Positions 1 to 8,682 of a stretch of DNA of 64,000 nucleotides are shown one piece after another (positions within the stretch are counted from its first letter, which is position 1; each line of letters opens with the position of its first letter). Position numbers and translations under genes: made by a program. The notes under the pieces were generated by a model. It was not told the origin of the DNA, did not search any database, and saw only the letters and a program-made list of their open reading frames with translations. Source of the stretch: an uncultured Alphaproteobacteria bacterium (GTDB taxonomy: Bacteria > Pseudomonadota > Alphaproteobacteria > Rs-D84); NCBI GenBank assembly GCA_944389465.1, contig CALXML010000003.1:20369-84368 (forward strand). Direction: 5' to 3'.

Positions 1-3000
1 AATGGAACAATTGGTAAAATTACTGGTACATTTGAAAATAATTCTATTACTAATACATCTGCCACTGCCAGCAAGGCAACTGCAAACGGTGGTGCGTTCG
101 CGTTGTATGCCGGCACGAATATAGACAGTATACAGGCCAATTTTACTGGAAATTCTGTCACGGCGCAATATTCGGGTGGTGGCGCAACCAGTTATGCTGA
201 TGGGAATCAAATTTCCGCCGGTGGTGGCGCAATGCATATTCAGGGCGCGTTTGGCGACAGCGGTGTAACAATTGGTACAATTGCCGGCGATTTTACAAAT
301 AACAGTGCCAACGGTGATGGATATGCCAACGGTGGTGCAATCTATATCAAGGGCGGCGCAAGTGACCGTGATATTTCCGATAAATATGCCGTTCATATTG
401 GCAAGATAGAGGGTGATTTTACCGGCAACACAGCGACCGCCACAACCGGTACAACCAAAAACAAGAAAGATTCAACCGGTGGTGCGATTTCTGTCAAGAT
501 AGATGCAGATGCCGGTCAAAATGGCGACGTTGTTATTGACGAAATTGTTGGTAATTTTACAGACAACAGTGTTCAAACAAATACAACAAATGCATTTGGT
601 GGCGCAATCTATAACGAAGGTACGATAAAAGTTACTGGTGATTTCAGCAAAAATGCGGCAACGGCCACCAAGGGTAAGGGGTATGGTGGTGCGATTTATA
701 ATGTTGGAACAATGGAAATTAATGGTGAATACGCCGAAAATAGCGCAACTAATGTGGGCGGTGCTGTTTACAATGTTGGTGTTTTGACGGTTAAATCTGG
801 TTCCACGTTTACTGGCAATAAATCCAAAACAGGCGGTGCAATTTATAACACAGGCACAGTTACTGTTGAAGATAATGTTTCGCTCAGTGCAAACCAGTCT
901 ACATTGTATAACAAAGGCACAATGAACATTGGTAACAATGTTTCTATAATTGACAATGACGGTGGTGCGGCGTTGGCCAATTATAAAGGAACGTTAACCA
1001 TTGGTGATAATTTCATCGTGTCAGGCGGAAACGGTTCTGGGGCTGCGTTGAATTTGACCAGTGCAAAAAGTACAATTATTGGTAAAAACGCCTTATTTGA
1101 AAATTATACGTCTAGTGGGAGCTATGGTGCAATTTATACTGGTATGGGCAACAATACAGAATTTAAACTGGGCGATGGTGCCAAATTTATTAATAACAAA
1201 ACGACCAATACAAATGGCAAAGGGGGCGCGTTGGCGTTAATGGCCAATAATTTTGAATTGAGTAGTGGTTTTGTTTTTGAACAAAATTCCGCAACAAACG
1301 GTGGGGCGATATATTACCAAGTATCGTCTGACAATCCGGAATTAAGTTTAAACGATTATACGTTTACTAAAAATAATGCAACAAATGGCGGTGCATTGTT
1401 TGTAAAGAACTCTGTCAAAGGCGACATAAATGTTAATGAGTCTGTATTTACAGGAAATACAGCCAATACGTATGGTGGTGCCATTGTGCTGGAGGGGGCT
1501 GCCAATGATGCCCAAGGCGCAGGCAGTGCGGCAAACTTGGCCGTTGTTGGGTCTGTGTTTACCGGTAACACCGCCAACGTCAGTGGTGGCGCAATCCTGC
1601 AAGGTAGCGGTTCTACGGGGACAATCACGATTGATGGTTCAGAGTTCACTGAAAACGAGGCCGTTGCCGAGGGTGGTGCGGTTGTTTCTGATTCCACAAT
1701 GTTGGTTAAAAATTCAACCTTTACAGGAAACAAGACCACTGGCGATATGACTTTTGATGATGCGGTGGCTGATGGTGACCCTGCATATTATGGTAACAAT
1801 GGTGGTGGGGCAATATTCCTGTATGACCAGTCAAACACAACGGTGGAAAATTCCGTGTTCAGTCAAAATGAATCTGGCACATACGGTGGGGCGATTGCAA
1901 CACGTAACGGCGCATCAGCAGATAAATCTGCGTTGGTGTTGAATAATTCTACATTCAGTGAAAACAAAGCCGGCCAGTGGGGCGGGGCGTTGTATAATTC
2001 TGTCAAGACCACAATTGGTGATGGTATGTTGTTTGAAAACAACAATGCTGGATTTGGTGGTGCAATTTGGAACGATGTTGGTGGAATATTGTCATTTACC
2101 AATACGAAACAAATTAACTTTGGTGGAAATAAGGCAACCGCTGATAATGGTGCTGGTGGTGCAATTTATAACAAGGGTACTATTACTGATTTGGCACACG
2201 TGTTGTTCCAAGGAAACAGTGCTTTTACAGGTGGTGCGATAAATAACAGTCAGGGTGCTGTGATTGAAAATATTTCTGCCACTACGTTTGCCAATAACGT
2301 TGTTGAATGGTCTGCGGGTGGTGCGATTCGTAACCAAGGTAAAATCAACAGTATGTCCGGATTGACATTTATGGAAAATAAATCTGGAAATGGTGGTGCG
2401 CTTTGGAATGGCACGGCCGGTGGCGTGGTTGAATCTTTGACGAACGTCACATTTTCTGGCAATATCGCAATTGCAAGTAATGAAAAGGCCGCGCAACAGG
2501 GTGGTGCAATTACCAATGCTGGAAAAATTAACCTGATTTCACAGGCCACATTTACAGGAAATCAGGCCGGTATTCGTGGTGGCGCAATTGCCAATGTTGA
2601 ACCAGATGGTGAATCTGAACGTTATATCAAATTGCAGGATGCTGAATTTACTGGAAATGTCGCCGGTCAGCAGGGTGGTGCAATTTGGAATGATAACGGC
2701 AGTATCATTGAATTGGCAGGGGTAAATACTTTTACTGGTAATGTCGCAAATAATGTTGCCAATGATATTCATAATTTGGGAACATTGAATATTACAGGTG
2801 GTACAACTGTGATTGATGGTGGTATTACTGGGGATGGTGTTTTAACCGTTGCTGATGGTGCGTTGTTGGACATCGGTACAACAACAGTACAACAGGGAAC
2901 ATTCAATTTGGATGGAACGTTGGCTGTCAGTTTTATAAACGAATCAACGTTTGGAAAATTGGATGTTGACAGTTTCAATGTTGGCGATAACGGTAAAATG

Positions 3001-4191
3001 AATTTAACATTTGGGTCTGTGGGAACTTATGATTTCGGTGCGGAAATCGCAGTTGATAAAATAGAGTATTCCGGCAGTATTTATGACGTTGATGTTAATG
3101 GTTCAAATATCGTTATTTCAACCAAGGATGTTAGTGAAATTGCTGAAAACACCAATATATCACAGGATGCAGCGATTACGCTGGTTGGGTTGGTAAACAG
3201 TGATAATGTTGCGGTAAATACGGCATCGTTGAACGCACAAAAAGCACTGGAGGCCGGTGATACAGAATATGTTGAACGTGAATCTGCAAAATTGCGTGCC
3301 GAAGACAAGCCTGTTGCACAATCTGTGGCGACATCTGTTCAAAATCAAGTGTTGTCTTTGGCGGCAAACCGTATGTCTGGTGGTTTGGCGTTGGGACGCA
3401 ATGGTGGTGATTTGGCAGATATTGATTATGGTGTTTGGGCACAGGGGCTGGTTAATCGTGCAAAGTATGCCGACAAGTTTACCGGTGATACCAGTGGTAT
3501 TGCTGTTGGTGTGGATGCACTGATTGATGATAAATATACTGTTGGTATCGGGTATGCGTATAATAAAACGGATGTTGATTCCAATACGCGTGATACTGAT
3601 ATAACCAGCAACAGTTTGTTCCTGTATGGTCAGTATAAACCAAACAATTGGTATGTTAATGCCGCGTTGAATTATACAATGGCCGCATATAAGGAATCTG
3701 CAACAGCGTTTGGCGTGTTGTTTGAACCAAAATATGATGTTGATTCATTCGGCGGTCAGGTTATGACCGGATATGATTTCGCATCAGGTTTAACACCAGA
3801 AATTGGCGCACGCTATCTGCATGTATCACAGGATACATATAATAATGGATACGGTGATATTTCCGCAGAAGATACAGACTTCCTGACGGGGGTTGCTGGG
3901 TTAAAGTATGCGTTTACAATTGAATCTGATGCACGGTTGAAATTCCGTCCGGAAATTCGTGCCGCTGCAACATATGATTTTATGTCAGACGCTGCAACAT
4001 CAACAGTTGATATACCGTCGGCGGGTGCGTATGTGGTAACGGGTGAACGCCTGTCACGCTTTGGCGGTGAATTTGGTATCGGACTGTCAGCGGTGTATAA
4101 TGATTTGGAAATCTCTTTGAATTATGATTTGGATTTGCATGAACATTATACGTCACAAACAGGTATGCTGAAATTTAGATTTAATTTTTAA
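1..4191 (+). CDS. Autotransporter-type surface protein (5' end outside window). Passenger made of Pmp-like GGA[IL]/FxxN repeats, followed by a C-terminal beta-barrel translocator.
   Basis: Frame 1 is open from base 1; the listed ORF 103..4191 simply starts at the first Met. There are dozens of 'GGAIYN ... F(T/S)GN' repeats. The C-terminal ~280 aa has an alternating-hydrophobic barrel pattern and ends LKFRFNF. A hairpin terminator follows. Confidence 0.85.
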   Translation, partial: NGTIGKITGTFENNSITNTSATASKATANGGAFALYAGTNIDSIQANFTGNSVTAQYSGGGATSYADGNQISAGGGAMHIQGAFGDSGVTIGTIAGDFTNNSANGDGYANGGAIYIKGGASDRDISDKYAVHIGKIEGDFTGNTATATTGTTKNKKDSTGGAISVKIDADAGQNGDVVIDEIVGNFTDNSVQTNTTNAFGGAIYNEGTIKVTGDFSKNAATATKGKGYGGAIYNVGTMEINGEYAENSATNVGGAVYNVGVLTVKSGSTFTGNKSKTGGAIYNTGTVTVEDNVSLSANQSTLYNKGTMNIGNNVSIIDNDGGAALANYKGTLTIGDNFIVSGGNGSGAALNLTSAKSTIIGKNALFENYTSSGSYGAIYTGMGNNTEFKLGDGAKFINNKTTNTNGKGGALALMANNFELSSGFVFEQNSATNGGAIYYQVSSDNPELSLNDYTFTKNNATNGGALFVKNSVKGDINVNESVFTGNTANTYGGAIVLEGAANDAQGAGSAANLAVVGSVFTGNTANVSGGAILQGSGSTGTITIDGSEFTENEAVAEGGAVVSDSTMLVKNSTFTGNKTTGDMTFDDAVADGDPAYYGNNGGGAIFLYDQSNTTVENSVFSQNESGTYGGAIATRNGASADKSALVLNNSTFSENKAGQWGGALYNSVKTTIGDGMLFENNNAGFGGAIWNDVGGILSFTNTKQINFGGNKATADNGAGGAIYNKGTITDLAHVLFQGNSAFTGGAINNSQGAVIENISATTFANNVVEWSAGGAIRNQGKINSMSGLTFMENKSGNGGALWNGTAGGVVESLTNVTFSGNIAIASNEKAAQQGGAITNAGKINLISQATFTGNQAGIRGGAIANVEPDGESERYIKLQDAEFTGNVAGQQGGAIWNDNGSIIELAGVNTFTGNVANNVANDIHNLGTLNITGGTTVIDGGITGDGVLTVADGALLDIGTTTVQQGTFNLDGTLAVSFINESTFGKLDVDSFNVGDNGKMNLTFGSVGTYDFGAEIAVDKIEYSGSIYDVDVNGSNIVISTKDVSEIAENTNISQDAAITLVGLVNSDNVAVNTASLNAQKALEAGDTEYVERESAKLRAEDKPVAQSVATSVQNQVLSLAANRMSGGLALGRNGGDLADIDYGVWAQGLVNRAKYADKFTGDTSGIAVGVDALIDDKYTVGIGYAYNKTDVDSNTRDTDITSNSLFLYGQYKPNNWYVNAALNYTMAAYKESATAFGVLFEPKYDVDSFGGQVMTGYDFASGLTPEIGARYLHVSQDTYNNGYGDISAEDTDFLTGVAGLKYAFTIESDARLKFRPEIRAAATYDFMSDAATSTVDIPSAGAYVVTGERLSRFGGEFGIGLSAVYNDLEISLNYDLDLHEHYTSQTGMLKFRFNF

Positions 4192-4206
4192 ATTCGGCGT
4201 ATCCAG

Positions 4207-4236
4207 AAAAATCCCCGACATTGTCGGGGATTTTTT
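4207..4236 (+). terminator. Intrinsic terminator after the autotransporter gene
   Basis: TCCCCGA-cattg-TCGGGGA stem followed by T6. Confidence 0.8.
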
Positions 4237-4251
4237 CATGGTAAAATAATA

Positions 4252-4281
4252 TTGACGTATATGTTTGTTTCGGTGTATAAT
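4252..4281 (+). promoter_or_regulatory. Sigma70-like promoter of the type-2 leader / Cys-rich operon
   Basis: TTGACG (4252-4257), 18-nt spacer, TATAAT (4276-4281). Confidence 0.6.
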
Positions 4282-4287
4282 ATTTTT

Positions 4288-4436
4288 AAATAAATGCTGA
4301 AAATAAACCACCGATTATTATCGGTGTTTTTATTTGTTCGCAAATCCCAGATTTCTGGGATTTTTTTTATTTCACTGCGTGCCGAAATAAATCGGTGGGT
4401 TTGTTCAGGCAGAACATTATCAGAGAGAAACAAAAA
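4288..4436 (+). promoter_or_regulatory. Type-2 conserved 5' leader, copy 1 (two tandem terminator-like hairpins)
   Basis: Hairpins CCACCGAT/ATCGGTG+T5 (4318-4341) and AATCCCA/TGGGATT+T8 (4352-4378). A distal ATCGGTGGGTT (4401-4411) repeats the 3' arm. About 80% identical to the reverse complement of 34442..34568. Confidence 0.55.
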
Positions 4437-5174
4437 ATGAAAAAAATAAATAGGTTTTATCTGGTTATAGCAGGATTAATAGCGTCCAGAACGTATCCAG
4501 TGATGGCGTTTAGTGGGATGGAATGTTCCAAGATAATAAGTTGTTGTAATCTGTTCCCTGATAGCGATGATAGCGATATTAAGGAGGCAACTTGTTGCAG
4601 GCCGGAATATCCATCTGGTACACAATTTTCACAATGTTGGGATGTTTGTTTGAATAAGTCTGGTTCCGCGTATTGTGATGGTGATATAAATTATTGTAAC
4701 AGTGCCGTCGCCCAAGAACAGGTTAACAATTGTTATAACCAATTGGCCAGTGGTACTTTTTGGTTCAAAGATGTGTGGGATGACAGTTTGTGCAACAGGT
4801 GGTCCGCATATGATTCTGATGGTGGGGTTTCTGATGATGCATATTGTATGGGTGACCCAAATAGACTGAATATATGGAATTTTTGTTGTGGCAATGACAC
4901 GGATTGTATTGCGGTAAATACTGGGGCGGCTGATTTTGATGCCTTGTGTGGTTCGGGATGTGAATATGGATATTATTTAAGTGGTCAACATTGTTTAAAA
5001 TGTCCGCAATATGCAGCGCAATGGACCGGTGATAGTTATACATATAATAATGCGGGCAGTGATGCCAGTGGCAGTGGCGTTGGTATACATACGTGCTATG
5101 TCCCAAACAATATACAATTGTCAGACAATGGTGGTCGTTATGTTTATGATGCCCGTTGTTATTATGGCAGTTAA
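4437..5174 (+). CDS. Secreted cysteine-rich protein with a C-terminal GYY...CxxC...CYVP...CYY module
   Basis: Start moved to MKKINRFYLVIAGLIASRTYPVMAF (signal peptide), because the ORF-track start lies inside the conserved leader. Many Cys residues. The C-terminus aligns with the 24275..24802 and 33572..34441 products. Confidence 0.7.
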   Translation: MKKINRFYLVIAGLIASRTYPVMAFSGMECSKIISCCNLFPDSDDSDIKEATCCRPEYPSGTQFSQCWDVCLNKSGSAYCDGDINYCNSAVAQEQVNNCYNQLASGTFWFKDVWDDSLCNRWSAYDSDGGVSDDAYCMGDPNRLNIWNFCCGNDTDCIAVNTGAADFDALCGSGCEYGYYLSGQHCLKCPQYAAQWTGDSYTYNNAGSDASGSGVGIHTCYVPNNIQLSDNGGRYVYDARCYYGS

Positions 5175-5192
5175 GTGTGGTGGGGTATTTGT

Positions 5193-6113
5193 ATGAATAC
5201 TGAATTACAGGATTTAAAAAATGAAATATTTGCACGTCTGCAAGATATTGCCACACGACAAAATTATATTATTCAAAAGGTTGGCGAATTACACAACCAT
5301 GTTACCCGTTTGTATGGATTGACGTGTGATGTTGAAACAATACCCGTGGCCAAGGGACATTTGTTTTTGCAACAACAGGCCATTGTGCGTTTGACATCAA
5401 TGATAGATGCTGATTTACGTAATGCAGGCATTCCATACTTTATGGTTGGTGGTAATTTATTGGGCGCAATGAGAAATGGTTCTTTTATCCCGTGGGACGA
5501 TGATATGGATTTGGGAATAATGCGACCTTATTTTCATTTGGCTGTGAATTTGTTAACTGGCAAATATAACCGTGGGCCTTTTTCTGTTGGGTGGGCAAAG
5601 TGTGGCGGCATTTTCAAAGTGTTTTTTTTGAACAAAGTATGTGTGGATTTATTTCCATGGGATACATATCACACGCGTATGACAACACCAGAAGAAATAC
5701 AGGCTTTTAAAGAAGATTATGTTGCTGCAATGGATGAAGCACGCAGATTTGAAATGGGGGAATCAAAATATAAGTCTTATGAAGAAATCAGCCAAGATAT
5801 GATAATGCATAATATCGGTCCTAATTATATTGATGGCGATATGTTTGATGGTATTGATTGGCAATTATTTCAGGAACGTATTGCTGGATATTATCACAGC
5901 AGAACATGGCGCAAGGAATACATATTGCCATATGGTGAAATAGAATTTTGTGGACATCGTTTTATGGCACCGAATAATCCTGATGCGTGGCTGACAACCA
6001 GATATGGGGATTGGCGGGCGTTTCGTCCGGATTTTGCCAGCCATAAACAGATAAATTGGACTTATGAAGAATTACCAATAGTAAAGAATTTTATTGACGG
6101 TAAAATATTATGA
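5193..6113 (+). CDS. LicD-family phosphotransferase (phosphocholine / ribitol-phosphate transferase family)
   Basis: Motif GGNLLGAMRNGSFIPWDDDMDLGI is typical of LicD. The ATG at 5193 is preferred over the listed GTG at 5175. Confidence 0.7.
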   Translation: MNTELQDLKNEIFARLQDIATRQNYIIQKVGELHNHVTRLYGLTCDVETIPVAKGHLFLQQQAIVRLTSMIDADLRNAGIPYFMVGGNLLGAMRNGSFIPWDDDMDLGIMRPYFHLAVNLLTGKYNRGPFSVGWAKCGGIFKVFFLNKVCVDLFPWDTYHTRMTTPEEIQAFKEDYVAAMDEARRFEMGESKYKSYEEISQDMIMHNIGPNYIDGDMFDGIDWQLFQERIAGYYHSRTWRKEYILPYGEIEFCGHRFMAPNNPDAWLTTRYGDWRAFRPDFASHKQINWTYEELPIVKNFIDGKIL

Positions 6114-6808
6114 ATTTGGTGTTGATTATTGCTGGGGGCAGTGGGGTGCGTATGAACGGACGCGTGCCAAAGCAATTTATGAATATATCTGGGCGGCCGG
6201 TAATAATTCATACTTTAAGTGTTTTTCAAAAAAATAAAAATATTGACGCGATATGTGTTGCTTGTTTGGGTGGGTGGGAAAAATGGTTGCAAAAGTCGGC
6301 TGAAAAATATGGAATAACAAAATTACGGCATATTGCGGCGGGTGGGAAAACCGGTCAGGAATCAATTTTTAATGGCCTGACATTGTTGGGTAATTTATAT
6401 CCGATGGATTCAGTGGTTTTAATTCACGATGCTGTGCGGCCGATGGTATCCGATGAAATTATTAATAATTGTATTCGTGGGGTAAAAAAGTATGGTAATG
6501 CCGTGACCGCAATTGATTGCTATGACGCGATGATGATAACATCTGATGGCAAGACCAGTCATCAATTTATTCCACGTGAATTATTACGTCGGGTCCAAGC
6601 CCCACAGGGTTTTAAATTATCTGATATTTTAATGGCACATAAAATTGCCAATAACAGAAATATTAAAAATACTGTTACTTCGTGTACTTTGATGGCGGAA
6701 TTGGGATGGCCTGTTTATTTTTCACGTGGGTCTGAAAAAAATCTGAAATTAACATACGCCACGGATATAGAAATTTTTCAAGCATTGTTAAACGAGAATG
6801 ATAAATGA
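6110..6808 (+). CDS. IspD/TarI-family cytidylyltransferase (CDP-alditol synthase-like)
   Basis: N-terminal IIAGGSGVRM...VPKQF, and whole-length resemblance to TarI/IspD including the C-terminal NLKLTYATDIEI. The ATGA start overlaps the upstream stop. Confidence 0.75.
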   Translation: MNLVLIIAGGSGVRMNGRVPKQFMNISGRPVIIHTLSVFQKNKNIDAICVACLGGWEKWLQKSAEKYGITKLRHIAAGGKTGQESIFNGLTLLGNLYPMDSVVLIHDAVRPMVSDEIINNCIRGVKKYGNAVTAIDCYDAMMITSDGKTSHQFIPRELLRRVQAPQGFKLSDILMAHKIANNRNIKNTVTSCTLMAELGWPVYFSRGSEKNLKLTYATDIEIFQALLNENDK

Positions 6809-7818
6809 ATGCAATTTTGTTGACAGAATTTGATGATATTTATAAACGCCTTGAATCTGTATTGCCAAAATTGAATAATAAAGCGATTTTGATTACTGGG
6901 GCAACGGGCTTAATAGGGTGTTATTTAGTAAAGTTTTTATTGTATTTAAATGAACGGCATAATATGGGAATTAATATATATGCCACATCAACATCATTGC
7001 AAAAGTTATATGACAGGTTTGGTTCAGAAAATGTGAATTTGCATTATTTGCAAATGGATTTATCTGTGTCGGTAAAATTTCACAGAAAATTTAATTTTGT
7101 TATTCATGCGGCAGGGGTTACCAGCCCTGATGTTTTTGCAAATAATCCTGTTGGGGTGATGCGTACCAATTTAATTGGCACAATGTCTGTGTTGGACAGT
7201 GCCATTATGGCACATGGTGGGCGATTTTTATTTATATCATCAGGTGAAATATATGGTAACAATATTACAGATGTGCCATTTGTTGAAACAGATAATGGAA
7301 ATATAAATTGTACGGTGGTGCGTTCTGGATATCCAGAATCCAAGCGTGCGTGTGAAACATTATGTATGTCGTATGAACAACAATATGGAATACACGTAAA
7401 TGTGGCACGGTTGTGTTATATTTATGGCCCAACAATAACACAGAACAGTATGCGTGTGGATGCACAATGTTTACGTGCCGCGTTAAATGGTGAAAATATT
7501 GTTCTGAATACAGCGGGCAATCAACGCAGAACGTGGTGTTATGTGGCCGATGCAACGGCTGGGATTTTACAGATTTTATTATGTGCAAAATCTGGGGCAG
7601 TGTATAATGTGGCGCATACCAAATCAATCGCAACTATTTTAGAATATGCAACAACGCTGGCAAATATAGCAGGGGTTCGGGTTTGCATATCCACCAATAT
7701 ATATGGGGGTGGAAACAGTATATTGGACGGGACAAAGTTAATTGAATTGGGCTGGCAACCACAATATGATTTACAAACAGGCCTGTTGCATACATTTAAT
7801 ATCAAAAAATCCCAGTGA
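6805..7818 (+). CDS. NAD-dependent epimerase/dehydratase-family (extended SDR) enzyme
   Basis: GATGLIGCYL Rossmann motif and YPESK catalytic motif. ATGA overlap with the upstream gene. Confidence 0.75.
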   Translation: MNAILLTEFDDIYKRLESVLPKLNNKAILITGATGLIGCYLVKFLLYLNERHNMGINIYATSTSLQKLYDRFGSENVNLHYLQMDLSVSVKFHRKFNFVIHAAGVTSPDVFANNPVGVMRTNLIGTMSVLDSAIMAHGGRFLFISSGEIYGNNITDVPFVETDNGNINCTVVRSGYPESKRACETLCMSYEQQYGIHVNVARLCYIYGPTITQNSMRVDAQCLRAALNGENIVLNTAGNQRRTWCYVADATAGILQILLCAKSGAVYNVAHTKSIATILEYATTLANIAGVRVCISTNIYGGGNSILDGTKLIELGWQPQYDLQTGLLHTFNIKKSQ

Positions 7819-7868
7819 TTTAACCGGTACGTATATTTATACATCAAATTGTTATTATTCTTTATGAT

Positions 7869-7896
7869 AAAAAAACGCCCAAATGGGCGTTTTTTT
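7869..7896. terminator. Bidirectional terminator between convergent genes
   Basis: A6-CGCCC-aaat-GGGCG-T7. Confidence 0.75.
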
Positions 7897-8599
7897 ATTT
7901 GTTTTTGAAATATATTTTTCGTTGCGATTCGGATACTGATTCCATTTTATCAAATATATCGTCGGCCGCGGATTCATCAGTTGGGCCATTGCCATTGGAT
8001 GTATAATCCGCACCATTTAATACAATAATGCGACTGGGCATTATGTCGCCACTGTTGCATTCAATGTAATATTTGGACATATCATAATATTTGCCATAAC
8101 ATTTATTATTGACCGTTGCAACATATCCGTAATCGGCCAATTCCTGACACGTGGGTTGTGCGCCATATGTTATTTCGCCGTTTTCCAAATATTCGTCTGC
8201 ATTATCCAAAATTCCATTGCACCAAACACGTACGTATTCGCCGTTAACAGATGCCATTGCACCGTTTTCCTTTGTTTTACGTACACCAAAACAATCGCCG
8301 TTCAGAATGTTGGTGTCAAAATCCTTGTTTATATTTGTGCCGCGTTCTATGTCGTCGCGACCCATTGCAACGGGTGTGTAATCGTCGCCAGAAACCAATG
8401 CGTCGGGACAAATTAATTTCATTCCCCAACAACCCGTTTCAGAATCCCATAATTCACTGTCATATCCTGCGCCCATGGTTGCATAACAATCCGTCGGGTC
8501 CAGTTTGCATACCGTTGGCTGTTCCCACCATGGGGTGGCCGCAAATGCCATTGGCATAATAACCATACACAGCGCAGAAATCGCGAATATTTTTTTCAT
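7895..8599 (-). CDS. Secreted cysteine-rich protein, unknown function
   Basis: Signal peptide MKKIFAISALCMVIMPMAFA; RBS AAGGAAG; sits 83 bp downstream of the 848-aa gene on the same strand. Confidence 0.7.
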   Translation of the reverse strand: MKKIFAISALCMVIMPMAFAATPWWEQPTVCKLDPTDCYATMGAGYDSELWDSETGCWGMKLICPDALVSGDDYTPVAMGRDDIERGTNINKDFDTNILNGDCFGVRKTKENGAMASVNGEYVRVWCNGILDNADEYLENGEITYGAQPTCQELADYGYVATVNNKCYGKYYDMSKYYIECNSGDIMPSRIIVLNGADYTSNGNGPTDESAADDIFDKMESVSESQRKIYFKNK

Positions 8600-8682
8600 C
8601 TTTCTTCCTTGGTTATAAAAATTTTAACAAATTTTTTAATTTAAGGCAAGGGTCTAGTACCTGATATAACGGTTTATTTTTG

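Noticed and set aside
1348-3611. Many 60-135 aa ORFs on both strands inside the autotransporter gene
   Set aside because: They are nested in a continuous 1390+ aa frame with strong repeat and domain signal. Repetitive GGxGCx codons keep the alternative frames open, and none has its own start signals.
4236-4433. ORFs 4236..4433(-) and 34428..34778(+) sharing 'EIWD..KNKNTD..RWFIF'
   Set aside because: The similarity is the translated image of the conserved type-2 leader DNA. Both run antisense to the promoter/leader and across terminator hairpins.
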